A DNA stretch of 63,694 nucleotides, counting the filler, from Octopus bimaculoides (lineage: Eukaryota), in assembly GCF_001194135.2 (NCBI RefSeq). It is 8 parts of 8 records of this genome, joined end to end, with 100 filler letters (N's around TTAATTAATTAA, not from the genome) between each part and the next. Parts side by side here need not be neighbours in the genome. Positions count along the whole stretch, not along the records: positions 15,951 to 30,973 come from NC_068983.1; positions 31,074 to 39,424 come from NC_069009.1; 6 more parts are not named here. One strand, 5' to 3'. The translations under genes and the position numbers were made by a program. Position 1 is the stretch's first letter, and each line of letters opens with the position of its first letter. Shown one piece after another: positions 23,688 through 35,763 of the stretch. A model generated the notes under the pieces. The model worked only from the letters and a program-made list of their open reading frames with translations, made no database searches and was not told the DNA's origin.

Positions 23688-25172
23688 TTAATCATTACAC
23701 TGCAGAACACAACAATGAGTAACTAATGAACCAGCATATATTTCTGATGTTACATTGTTAAAACCTACATTGACACAATGAAAGCGGGAACGAAACCCAC
23801 AGTTTACCCATTCGCATGATATCTGTCTGTAACCAAAGAATTCGCAAGTGTAATTTGTTTCACAAACAAAATGATTTGACGATTCATGGGTAAAAATGAC
23901 TTTGGAATCTATCAGCCGAATATCTGCATATGAACAGCGTGGTTTGGGGGTCAATACACCATTTTGACATATCACGTTATCGTTGGTGTTATTCACATAA
24001 GGAAGTTGACATGAATAAGTAACATTCGTGTTTTCTGTGACTGTGCTGCCAAACGGAAGATATTTCAAAGTGTCTGAATTTCGGTAGCCATATATGCCAA
24101 ACTCGGGTAACAATTGACAGTTCTTTACACACTGTGGAAGTTTTCCACTCCACGTTCCATTTTCTAAACAGGTTCTTTTAGAATCTCCCAGCAAAGTTTC
24201 TCCTGCTGAACAGCTATATTCAATAACTGAAAAATTATGTGACAAAATAAAATTTAATCCATGTAGTTTCTCAATTTTACACGTTTTTCTGCATTTTATG
24301 TCTGGGTACCATTTACCTGATAAGCATTGAACGACACCAAACGCGACAGGCATGAAAGATCGTTTGCAAGAATATAACACTTTCCCTCCTTGATTGATTA
24401 AGGTTCTTGGTTTTAAAATTGTACCTTCAGAAATAGTCACAACTCTACCAGCAATTTCAGGTACGACACATTTCAAAGTGCAAACAGGTGTCGGAAAGTT
24501 CCAGCTACCGTCTCGAAGACAAGTTAATACAGATTCACCTTTCAGATTATATGGTTTTAAGCAAGTGAAAGAAACTGTTTCGTTAACTTTAACTTCATTT
24601 GTATTGTTTATATTGCCATGTTTGGGTGGATGCAGTAGGAGACATTTAACAATTTCACAAGCTGGTGGTAGAGACGACCACTGCTGATTTTCTTGACACC
24701 GTATTGAATTGTTTCCTCGCAAAATATAATCAGAAACACAGGAAAAGTGAATAACAGAGTTATATGTGTATGCAACATTTGTCATGAAACTGTGTGCAGG
24801 TTTATGAAAAATGGGGCAGGTTATTAACTTACATTTTTTATCTTCATACATCCATTTACCATTCCAACAAATAATATCGGCCGTATTCTCTACGCTTGCT
24901 TCAAAATTGCGGTTGCACTTTTGTTGCAGGTGTATTTTTTCCTCTTCCCATTTCAAAGTATATTGTATTCGACTGTTGTTCAATTTCGGTAAAGGACCAC
25001 AGTTTAGGAGTTTTATCATTTGTTCAAAAAACCACGGAGCGTAGTTGTTGCAGGTTGACGTCGAATTACTGTATTCCGACACAATCTTTTTCATAACATT
25101 TCCCAACGTATTATTTTCACTTTTCACTGTTAATATAATTAAGAAAAGGAAAAAAAATGTCCTGGATACCAT
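23688..25172 (-). CDS. Intronless secreted protein, 494 aa: signal peptide + 6 CCP/sushi (SCR) modules + Cys-rich C-terminal domain
   Basis: Uninterrupted 1485-bp ORF. Hydrophobic N-terminus MVSRTFFFLFLIILTVKS/E. Six modules with the CCP pattern C...C...C...W...C (e.g. CPIF..FSC..IRC..QQWSSLPPAC; CLLL..FTC..LTC..GSWNFPTPVC; CKIE..YSC..RTCLENGTWSGKLPQC). 12 N-x-S/T sequons. No C-terminal TM or GPI stretch. Start context gagATGG. Confidence 0.92.
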   Translation of the reverse strand: MVSRTFFFLFLIILTVKSENNTLGNVMKKIVSEYSNSTSTCNNYAPWFFEQMIKLLNCGPLPKLNNSRIQYTLKWEEEKIHLQQKCNRNFEASVENTADIICWNGKWMYEDKKCKLITCPIFHKPAHSFMTNVAYTYNSVIHFSCVSDYILRGNNSIRCQENQQWSSLPPACEIVKCLLLHPPKHGNINNTNEVKVNETVSFTCLKPYNLKGESVLTCLRDGSWNFPTPVCTLKCVVPEIAGRVVTISEGTILKPRTLINQGGKVLYSCKRSFMPVAFGVVQCLSGKWYPDIKCRKTCKIEKLHGLNFILSHNFSVIEYSCSAGETLLGDSKRTCLENGTWSGKLPQCVKNCQLLPEFGIYGYRNSDTLKYLPFGSTVTENTNVTYSCQLPYVNNTNDNVICQNGVLTPKPRCSYADIRLIDSKVIFTHESSNHFVCETNYTCEFFGYRQISCEWVNCGFRSRFHCVNVGFNNVTSEIYAGSLVTHCCVLQCND

Positions 25173-25269
25173 CTCTATGTTTTGATAAACTTTTTCTTAC
25201 ATGAAAAGGACTGTGGTTTGTAAAGTGTAGCTGCTTGCTCGTTTTAATTTCAATGTGTTTTTTAGTGCG

Positions 25270-25278
25270 CCTTTTATA
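25270..25278 (-). promoter_or_regulatory. TATA box of the CCP gene
   Basis: Minus strand reads TATAAAAGG about 100 nt upstream of the ATG at 25172, with a CATT initiator-like site near 25254. Confidence 0.55.
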
Positions 25279-25929
25279 CGCTCGCTAACCTTCCTCTCCT
25301 CCAATCCACAATTATTTCCGAGAAAACAATTTCGTTCAGTTTTGTTTTGAAATTGTGTCATTTTTCAGTTAGAGGGAGAATAGGGTGTATGAATAAAAGT
25401 AGTGGACGAGATTTCGACCAAGACTGTTTAACGTTATAGTCTGGCTTATGTTATAGCAAACCCTATTTTTACAAATGTTAGTGCGCACCATATTTGTACA
25501 AACTAATTTATATATGTTTTACGAATTATATTACCATTAGAACATCGGAATAAATTCCTTGTAGTATTTGTTCTGACTTTATACGTTCTGAATTCAAATC
25601 ACGCTAATATCATTTTTGCCTGTCATCCTTTTGGGGTCGACAAAATAAAGTATCATATAAATACTGTGGTCGATGCAACCGACTCATCCCTATCCCCTCA
25701 AAATTATTGAGCATGTGCCTAAATGAGAAGCCATAGCCCTTGTGGCCAATAAAACGAATTAATTATATTAAACAATATTTAGTGGTTCTGCTTTAGTTAA
25801 TGTGGATTAATGAGTGACTAGAGATCGTCTGAGTGGAAGTGGTATATGACCAGGTAGTTCTAACGGGTTAAATTCATAGGAATAATGGTAGAAAACGCAG
25901 GTAGAGAGGAAATATATTTGTGGGTCAGA

Positions 25930-27880
25930 CAGTAGCAGATCTGCTATAAAACTAATGAACCTTAAGATTCAGGGCCCCTTATTCTGGAGGGGCCCCTCTG
26001 AAGCAACTTAATTTTTTTCGTTCTGTCAATTATTATTTTTTTATTTTTTTTTTTTGTATTTTACCATGCAGTTTGCGTCTTAGTGGACGTCATCTCATAC
26101 TCCTACACAGTCTGCTGGTGTGGATTAACATAAAAATAAAGTACAAACGACTGACAGATGATTTGCTTTACTTGAATTATTTTGGAAACTTCAGCCCTAC
26201 CCCTCCCACTGTCAAATATGTCTACTACTACATCAGCACGGTAGAGGTAAGAATTCTTATTTTCACACCATTATTTAATGACCATTGAAAGGGTCTGCCT
26301 CCTAATTTTGGACTTCAGTAACAAAGCATTTTTTCTACTTTAAAAATTGTTTGAATATTACCTTGTACAAAATGAACAACTCTTCATTTATGACTATATA
26401 TTAAATTGTGGACCCTTAACTTCATCGATCTGTCTCACTGTGGCTAATGAAAATGGTACCCAATTTTTTTCACAGAGGTCTAGGCCCCAAGAGGAATAGC
26501 AATGTCTTCAAGAAAGTACTTAAGCGGATACCAGAAACGCCAACTCAAGGAAAAGCAATCTAATGAGATTTCTAAATGTCAAAAACTATCAAACTATTTT
26601 ACAATGTCAAGTAAAAGTTTGTCATCACCTGCAACTGAAACAACCCATACAAGAACCAGTGAAGTCAATGATAGGGTACAAACCACAAGTGCTCTGTTTA
26701 GCAATAATCAACCTACTCTTGACACTTTTGGTGCAGATAATGATCACGGTGGTCAAGAACTTCAAGAAAAGAGAGAGCAGAAAAGGGAAACAGGAAGCAA
26801 ATTTAGTCATTTCAAAGAAAACAGTGACCTGGCAAATTGGCCTGTAACAATTGATAATGATTTCATACAAAACTGTTTAATGCAAGACATCAGTTTTTTT
26901 TTGTTTTTTTTTTAAATAAAATAAAACAGATAATGTATATATTGAATCCAACAAGATTTACAAACTGCAAAATCGAAGTTTCTTAAAGTACTTTGAAAAA
27001 AAAATTGAAAAATGGTCAGACTGTGATGAGATCCTGGTTAGTTTACTCAAAGAGCAAACTCTTTTCTAAATGCCAAATATCACTTACAATGGGTGGGTTT
27101 TCTGATTGGATGAATATACTCAGAACTCTAGAAAATCATGAAGACAGCATGGAACATAATAGGGCGCTGTTGAGCTGGCTAACACAAAAGTTAAATAAAA
27201 ACACTATGGATCAGCAACTTAAGGAACAGTTGAGAAAAAACATGCAGCACTATTTTGAAGTACTAAAAATAGTTGTAGCAGTTATAAAGTTCTTAAATGA
27301 AATGGGTTTAGCATTTAGAGGTCATGAAAAAAAGTGGGGCTCCACCACAAAGAATGGAAATGTCTTGGGGGTCATTGAGTTTATTCCAGAATTTGACCTA
27401 TTTTTACATGAACATTTAGAGAAATGTAAAAATGAAAAAGTAAATATTACTTACCTATCCAAATCTGTGTATGAAGAATTGATAGAAATCATGGGAAAAT
27501 GTGAAACAGGAAGTGGTGAATCAGATCAACAACCTAGACATCAAATACAACTCAGTTATTGTTGACTCTACACTTAACACAACACATGTTGACCAGCTGG
27601 TAATTGTGGTTCGATATTGTTATAATGGAAAACCCTGTGAGAGATTTTTAGCATTTCTACCAATAGAAAAACATTAATCTCTGACTTTGTTCAACAAAAT
27701 GACAATTTCTGAGGGAGCATAAGCTTTCAATTGAAAATATCCGTGGTCATAATGCTTTCAACATGATAATGCTTTCAACATGAAGGGCTCGTAGAAAGGG
27801 CTGCAAGCAGTTCTTAAAAACATTAACAGGTATGCAGACTATGTACCATGTGCAAACCATTCACTCAGCCTTGTTTGGTA
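25930..27880 (+). mobile_element. hAT transposon (ZMYM1/DUF4371-like transposase), 3'-truncated and decayed
   Basis: TIR-like CAGTAGCAGATCT at 25930. MSSRKYLSGYQKR, GLAFRGH, NGNVLGVIE, YLSKSVYEELI, SVIVDST..HVDQLVIVVRY, DNAFNMKG, YVPCANHSL (CxxH), with stops and frameshifts. Confidence 0.9.
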
Positions 27881-29899
27881 TGGGTGAGAGCAGTGCAGCA
27901 AAGAGGATTTCCTTGGTGTTTGTGAATGGTTAGTAATGTTTCATACTGAATATTTTCTAATCATGAAGAGCACCACCAACATAGATAGTTTGTGATGGTG
28001 AAACTTAGACGTAGTAGCAATCTTCAAAGTTTTAAGTATATTAACTTCTTGACCAGGAGAGAGTTTCCTTGTTGCCTTGAAAGATGTGATTTTCTTTACT
28101 CTACACTGATGAAGTACACTAGATTGATATCACCCCCATTGGAGTATGTTTTCGCGGACTTTGTTCACCAAGTCAGTGCAGCTTTGGTGTGAGGTGTCTG
28201 GATTGCATGTTAATGACACATCGATGTGGAAGGCAAGGGAGAAAGAAGAAATGACGGCAAGTTGGTAGGTCATTGATTTGTATAAGGAAGATTCTTGAGA
28301 GATGAAACCAAAGATCAGTCTGCAGCAGAGGGGATAAAATATGGTTCTACAAATAGAATCTGCGGTAGTGCAATCAGACAGGAAACCACATCTACAATAA
28401 AGCTATTTATTTATAATGTGTGTGCGAGTGTGTTGTGTGTGTGGGAGATCTGTCTTTGTCCCCCACCACCGCTTCACAACCGGTGTTGGTTTGTTTACGT
28501 CTCTGTAACTTAGCTGTTCAGCAAAAGAGGCCGATAGAGTATGTATCAGGTTTCGAAGAAAATAAGTAGTGGATTCGATTCATTCAACTAAATGTTCTTC
28601 AAAGCAGTGCTCTAGAATGGTCGCAGTTTCATGACTAAAACAGACAAAAGATAAATGTGTTGTTGACATAATAGGAATTTATAAACATTCTAGAGAATGT
28701 GAAATAATTCATTTTTGAAATTGCTTTTCAAAGTACATATAAGTTTTCAACAGCATGTAAATATTAGTTTGAAAAACCCTTTTCAGAGATATTGATTTCC
28801 TGAGTATATTATTGATAAGTTTATGAATTTATTAATAATATAAAAACACATATATACACATTTATTTGCTCAAAATAATTGAGCACTCAATATAAGTTCA
28901 GTTATATATTCTTTTAGAATATTACTTATAAAAGGAGATGTAGGTTCATGTTCCAAAGGCAGACTTCGACTTCAATCCAGAACGGGGATTTTAACTAAAT
29001 ATCTACATGCTATTATTTGTAGCCTTATATGTACTTCCAGAAGCGATTCCAATTTGACCTACATAGATATATTATACCATTTTGGAATCAGAGTGGTCCC
29101 GGGATTCAAAATCTTCCCTTCATAGGTATATGAAATTAGTATTTCACCACAAGAATGGGGAAAACGCCAAGATCTTCTGTATATATGTATGTATGTATGT
29201 ATGTATGCATGCATGTATGTGTGTATGTACGTATGTATGTATGTGTGTATGTGTGTGTGTATATATGTATGTATGTATGTATTCTTACAAAGAATAAGCC
29301 CTGAGATCGATTTCTTTGACTAAAACCCTTTCAGGTGGTGCTCCAGCAAGGCCGCAGTCAAATGACTGAAAGGAGTAAAAGAGTAAAAGAATATATGCGT
29401 GTGTGTGTGTGTGTGTGTGTGTGATAGGAGTGTTACGCCCCAGTAACTTGGCGATTAGGCAAAGAGACACGAAAGTATAAGAACTACGCTTTAAAAAATA
29501 AGTATTGGGGCCGATTCGTGGAGCTATAAACCTTCAAGGCAATGCCCCAATATGGTCGCAGTCCAATGACTGAAACTAGTGTGAAAGATGTAAAGACACC
29601 ATAAGGTACAGGTGTCTATCGTAAACGCTACGGATAAAGGTAGATAACTAAATGAGAACAGAAAGTTATTTCCCTTGAATAGTTCGGCTTTGTAAAGAGC
29701 ATTCATCGCTGTTTAAAACGAAAAACAGTTATGGCTGATGTTAAAAACGTGATAGAATATATGGTGACAATATTGCAGAGAACGGGCAAGTTGATAAAAC
29801 AAAAACAAGGAAAATGAAATCAGAGCAGCACGAGAAATAGGTAAACGGTAATAAACATCGCTATCATGCGGCTTTTCAAACATTTTAGTTGGTTAGATC

Positions 29900-30068
29900 T
29901 CGGTGGTTGTCTACTCCTCACACAGAGTTTGACCACTTCCTGTACCTATACCTTAGCCCTTTCATGGCGTCTGATGTGGCTTTTTAAACCAGAGAGTGTT
30001 TTGAAAAAACACCCACACAGATTGCACCTCTGATTTGCACTACCAATACCTGCAAGTAAGTTCTGCTC
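29900..30068 (-). mobile_element. RTE-type LINE 3' end with C2H2 finger
   Basis: CNLCGCFFKTLSGLKSHIRRH followed by a stop, isolated between microsatellites. Confidence 0.55.
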
Positions 30069-30112
30069 ATACATACATACATACATACATACATACATAC
30101 ATACATACATAC

Positions 30113-30219
30113 AAAAAACCCGTTGATATTGTTGAAATTCCAATGAAGAAGCCTGATTTAGATTAGAAATCGGCTCTTTCTCTTTGGAAAGAAATCTTGT
30201 AATAAAACTGAATGATGAC
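30113..30219 (-). repeat. ~110-bp interspersed core embedded in (TATG)n
   Basis: Matches 57321-57435 on the opposite strand; both copies are flanked on both sides by (TATG)n. Confidence 0.7.
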
Positions 30220-30253
30220 ATACATACATACATACATACATACATACATACAT

Positions 30254-30292
<39 letters not shown>

Positions 30293-30399
30293 CATACATA
30301 CATACATACATACATTACATGCATACAAACACACATAATTTCCACATAGACATAGACGTAGACCGACTCTACCTAGAACGAAAACAAGGTAGTAGAGGT

Positions 30400-30775
30400 T
30401 TAACATGAATCCAAAATGCCTTTGAATGTCGTATCATATCCATTCGGCAACTTCTTTTAACCGCCAAGTCTTAAAGTACATCCCTTGACTAAGTTTCCAT
30501 ACATGAGGCTGATTACATCATAAGACTTGGAAAGCAACTCCTTGAGCAACATTCCTTGTCTGATAGCCTAAAAATACATGCCCAAACAAGTCGCACAACT
30601 CTACCGCAACATATCGTCAGATGAAAGGATGGGACTATTTGAGCAGAAGACTATGTATGGACATGTGAGTAGAAAGCTCTGAGATGGTAGTAACATTGAT
30701 CATCAAAGCAGTGTATTATGGACCAATAGCCGGATTACTACCTCCCACTTTGAAGGGTATGATTTTGCAATCCAA
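30400..30775 (+). mobile_element. R4/Dong-like (RLE-type) LINE fragment
   Basis: KTMYGHVSRKL*DGSNIDHQSSVLWTNSRITTSHFEGYDFAIQ resembles the post-RT HG..W..EG..AIQ region of R4/Dong ORFs. Confidence 0.55.
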
Positions 30776-31094
30776 TATATATATACATATGCATATGTAT
30801 ATATACATATATATACATATATATATATATATATAAATATATATATATGTATATAAATATATATATATACATCATCATCATCATCATCATCGTTTAACGT
30901 CCGCTTTCCATGCTAGCATGGGTTGGACGATTTGACTGAGGACTGGTGAAACCGGATGGCAACACCAGGCTCCNNNNNNNNNNNNNNNNNNNNNNNNNNN
31001 NNNNNNNNNNNNNNNNNTTAATTAATTAANNNNNNNNNNNNNNNNNNNNNNNNNNNNNNNNNNNNNNNNNNNNTAACACACACACACACTAATA

Positions 31095-31324
31095 AGGCGG
31101 TGAGCTGGCAGAATCGTTAGCACGCCGGGCGAAATGCTTAGTGGTATTTCGTCTGCCGCTACGTTCTGAGTTCAAATTCCGCCGAGGTCGACTTTGCCTT
31201 TCATCCTTTCGGGGTCGATTAAATAAGTAGCAGTTACACACTGGGGTCGATATAATCGACTTTATCCGTTTGTCTGTCCTTGTTTGTCTCCTCTGTGTGT
31301 AGCCCCTTGTGGGCAATAAAGAAA
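31095..31324 (+). mobile_element. SINE family B, young copy
   Basis: aggcggtgagctggcagaatcgttagc..gagttcaaattccgccgaggtcgac.. flanked by an identical 21-bp TSD TAACACACACACACACTAATA (31074-31094 and 31325-31345). Confidence 0.9.
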
Positions 31325-31550
31325 TAACACACACACACACTAATATATATCTATAAGTCTGGTTTTCACGTTTTATTTCTAATTTTTACAATTTTACAAT
31401 ATTGAAATAAACTAGTACTTTTATGCATTACACAACTATCAAGACTGTAGTGACAGTCGTCTTCCACAATCTTCTATACACCAGCATATGAACTCGGATA
31501 TCTATCTGTCTGTCTGTCTATCTATCTATCTAACTATATATCTAACTGTC

Positions 31551-31593
<43 letters not shown>

Positions 31594-33133
31594 NNNNNNN
31601 NNNNNNNNNNNNNNNNNNNNNNNNNNNNNNNNNNNNNNNNNNNNNNNNNNNNNNNNNNNNNNNNNNNNNNNNNNNNNNNNNNNNNNNNNNNNNNNNNNNN
31701 NNNNNNNNNNNNNNNNNNNNNNNNNNNNNNNNNNNNNNNNNNNNNNNNNNNNNNNNNNNNNNNNNNNNNNNNNNNNNNNNNNNNNNNNNNNNNNNNNNNN
31801 NNNNNNNNNNNNNNNNNNNNNNNNNNNNNNNNNNNNNNNNNNNNNNNNNNNNNNNNNNNNNNNNNNNNNNNNNNNNNNNNNNNNNNNNNNNNNNNNNNNN
31901 NNNNNNNNNNNNNNNNNNNNNNNNNNNNNNNNNNNNNNNNNNNNNNNNNNNNNNNNNNNNNNNNNNNNNNNNNNNNNNNNNNNNNNNNNNNNNNNNNNNN
32001 NNNNNNNNNNNNNNNNNNNNNNNNNNNNNNNNNNNNNNNNNNNNNNNNNNNNNNNNNNNNNNNNNNNNNNNNNNNNNNNNNNNNNNNNNNNNNNNNNNNN
32101 NNNNNNNNNNNNNNNNNNNNNNNNNNTATATATATATATATGGGTGGCTAATTTGCAATTTCATAACCTAAAGGCAGAAATGTATATGCTGATTAGTGAC
32201 AAAGGGCACTAATCAGCACCAGTATTGCTAGAAATAACAGTCAAAACAACTCGGTAGCAACAGAAAGCACTATCTAATGACTGACAAGGGAAGCAAGCTC
32301 CCTATAGCAGCAGACATAGTCAGATTATCAATGATTTCGCATTTTGATGTTTACTTGTCTTAATGCTCATTGATGGCTTTCACATCACCTAGGCTATATA
32401 TGAAATCATCATTTAACATTTATTTGCCATGCTAGCATGGAATGGATGGCTTGATAGGATTTAGAAAGCTGCAAAACTTCGTTGAGTCTCAATATCAGCT
32501 TTGGCATGGTTTCTATGGTTGGATGCCTTTCCAAATGTAAACCACTTTGGAGATTGTACTTGGTGCTTTTCTCATATTACCAAAATTAGTTAGGTTTCCA
32601 AGTAACTTGAATGTCAAAGAGCAGGAAAAGTAGAGAGAGAAAGCGCCCTTGATTGAGATGTAGGTTGATGGTAGGGGTTGAGAGGGGAAGTTGGCTTAAT
32701 GCCTGGCATTGGTGGTAATGATTGGGTGCCAGAGTAAGCCCTCAAGGTACAAGAAGGTGAACCTAAGAGAGCATACAAACAGTCAATCAGAGTTAATTTC
32801 ATAAGTGTGTGAGGGCAGAGTGACAGATGCTGGAGAAGGGGGTAAGATGAATGTAGTGAGTGGTGGACATGGGTGGAGGTGCAGTTGATGGAAAATACCA
32901 GTACAGACATGGAGGGGGATTACTCAGCTCATTCATTGATGAAGAGCACAGCTATGCACATGAATTGATGTGAATTGCAAGACTTCTTGAACACTGATAC
33001 TTTGAATGCATGTTGCAGCCCTAGGGTGCCATTGTCTCCGGGCCCTGTCCAGTCAACACTTTTTTTGTATATATATACATATATATATATATACATACAT
33101 ATATACATATATATAAATATATATACACATACA

Positions 33134-33330
33134 AATGTGCTGTGCGTGAGAAGACCTGGCAAGCCAAGTGAGATCGTTGCCAGGGCCCCTGGACTGGCTC
33201 TTGTGCGGGTGGCACATAAAAGACACCATTTCGAGCATGGCCGTTTTCGTGCGGGTGACACATAAAAGCACCCACTACACTCTCTGAGTGGTTGGCATTA
33301 GGAAGGGCATCCAGCTGTAGAAACTCTGCA
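33134..33330 (+). mobile_element. RTE LINE 3' UTR fragment of the same family
   Basis: Near-identical to 15780-15850 and continues into the UTR. Further 3' ends at 30870-30973 (-, (GAT)n tail), 49675-49885 (+) and 53390-53850 (+, decayed). Confidence 0.85.
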
Positions 33331-33344
33331 GAAGCTCTTTCAAA

Positions 33345-34179
33345 GTTAGATCTTCTGACTTCACTGCACTTGTAATGTTCCAGCCATTTTGTGAAAGCTG
33401 CATTGAAGTCCTCCAAGGTGAAGATGCTGAAGCCCTTGTCACAGCCCCCTTCATCTTCTAAATGTCTTCAAAACAACTGCTCTTGAGGGTTCTCCTTTTG
33501 CTTGGAGAATGACCAAAAGTCAGAGAGAGAAAGGCCTGAACTGTAAGATGGATGAGGGCCAGTTTTGGTACCCATCTCTGTCAAGTAGCTGGTTGCCAGG
33601 ATGCTCGTGACTGAGCAACCTGGGGATAGTACAAATTCTGCTTGTGTTCAGATCTTCATGAATAACTCCATGTATAATTGTGATACCAACTCCAAACTGT
33701 TTGCTTATTGTCTTTATAGACACACAACAGTCTTCATCCAGAAAATTGCAAATTTCCTCAAACAGCTCTAATATTCTGACATCCCTCTTCTGCCCACACA
33801 TTTCATCATCTCTCACCTCCCCTTTATCCTCCTTAAATCTCTTGTGCCAGCAAAAAAATTCACCCTTAAGCAGTCTGGAGCATTTCACGAGTTTCTGTAG
33901 CATTTTTGTCCAGTTTAACACCAAACTATTTTGCATAGAGAGCTTCCAAATTGTCTCCACATCCCATCTGCATTCTGCAAACTAGTCAGCTGTGACAAGT
34001 AATGTTTAGTAATGTGTGTTTAAAGTGCTGTTACAACTGTCTCCTTCAGTCTGGATTAACAGTTGGCAGGTCAACTAATCAGGTCTGTAGTAACGATATA
34101 CTAAAAGTACAATAACCAAGGATGGTTATAACTGCTGCTTCTAAAAATAAAAGTCTCAAAACTTCTGGAATGCACCTCA
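33345..34179 (-). mobile_element. Internally deleted mariner
   Basis: TIR-like TA|TGAGGTGCATTCCAGAAG at 34179. N-terminal WHKRFKE..VRDDE..VSIKTISKQFGVG..IHEDLN is joined to C-terminal SSD.SPCDFW..WLEHYKC. Part of the 5' region is duplicated at 34200-34345. Confidence 0.75.
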
Positions 34180-35011
34180 TAGCAGGCTGTGACAGTGTTT
34201 AGTACAGTGTATGCAAAGTGTTGTTACAGTCATCTCCTTCAAAGTTGGCAGGTCAGATTATTTAGATGTATAGTAATAATATGCTAAAATTGCAATAACC
34301 TAGGACAGTTATTATAACTGCACATGCATTTTAGGAAGTTAATTGTTATGGCTGATCATGGAATAACCATTGGTTTTTGCACTTGTAAAGCACTTAACTG
34401 TATAGGTGAGTCATCAGACACAGTCACTCTATGACTAGCCATAGCAATTAATTTCCTAAAAAAATATATATTACTGGTCTAATGTTTTAGAGTGTGCTTT
34501 TTGGGGATATGAAAGCTACTGACTGATATATATATATATATANNNNNNNNNNNNNNNNNNNNNNNNNNNNNNNNNNNNNNNNNNNNNNNNNNNNNNNNNN
34601 NNNNNNNNNNNNNNNNNNNNNNNNNNNNNNNNNNNNNNNNNNNNNNNNNNNNNNNNNNNNNNNNNNNNNNNNNNNNNNNNNNNNNNNNNNNNNNNNNNNN
34701 NNNNNNNNNNNNNNNNNNNNNNNNNNNNNNNNNNNNNNNNNNNNNNNNNNNNNNNNNNNNNNNNNNNNNNNNNNNNNNNNNNNNNNNNNNNNNNNNNNNN
34801 NNNNNNNNNNNNNNNNNNNNNNNNNNNNNNNNNNNNNNNNNNNNNNNNNNNNNNNNNNNNNNNNNNNNNNNNNNNNNNNNNNNNNNNNNNNNATATATAT
34901 ATATATACTTATAAGATAAGGATATAATCATAAAAATGATTATATCAGTGGTCTAGCACATAAAAATAACCATACAGGTAACATTAATTTTTTACGTGTA
35001 TAATTCTAAAA

Positions 35012-35499
35012 TATAATTATAGTTAAGGGCTACTGGAAATGACTATCTCCAATGCTAGAAGTAGATGTCAAATACCTACAATCCACTCTAAAATTTGTTC
35101 TCTGTATTCAACCACAGGTATGAACGCGAGGGAATGAGCAAGAAAATACAAAAAATATTGGATAATTCTATATCTCGAGATTTCACGCTCTGCAAACATT
35201 GCTTTACAATCTTCAGTAGTATATACCATTAATATATAAACGAGAAATATACATACCCACTGATAAATTGACCCATAGATACCAATGTACACATACATTT
35301 CTCACGTATACATTTCATCTTCCAGCCCATCTCGACCGTGTGGATAATGTCAGAAGTCATTATCCAATATTTTTTTGTATTTTCTTGTTCATTCCCTCAC
35401 GTTCATACCTGTGGTTGAACATAGAGAATTTTTAGAGTGGATTGTAGATATCTACTTTTAGCATTGGTATGGTCATTACCAGTAGCCCTTAATTATAAC

Positions 35500-35503
<4 letters not shown>
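35012..35503. mobile_element. Foldback MITE with ~150-bp TIRs
   Basis: TAAGGGCTACTGG..CAATCCACTCTAAAA..CAACCACAGGTATGAAC..GGATAAT is mirrored on the opposite strand; right end lies in (TA)n. Confidence 0.8.
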
Positions 35504-35530
<27 letters not shown>

Positions 35531-35591
35531 TGTATTGTTCCATGATGGTATAAGATAAACAAAAAAAGTACTCCATCTGGTGAGAGGTAAA

Positions 35592-35763
35592 TATCTAATA
35601 GACACAATACATGTTTTTGTGTTAACTAATAGTTTCTTGTGCTGAGAACATGCCAAATAATGTGCAACATTTCGTCAAATCACATAGCATAACAAATTAT
35701 TTAGCATGTTCTCAGCGCACAAGAAACTATTAGTAGCACATAAAAACATATATTGTATCTATT

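Noticed and set aside
23450-25096. Plus-strand ORFs overlapping the CCP gene (23450-23722, 24394-24687, 24811-25044, 24896-25096)
   Set aside because: Short antisense shadows with no recognisable features.
25193-25200. GTAAGA donor-like site in the CCP 5' UTR
   Set aside because: The nearest AG before the ATG would give an intron of about 25 nt, too short to be plausible.
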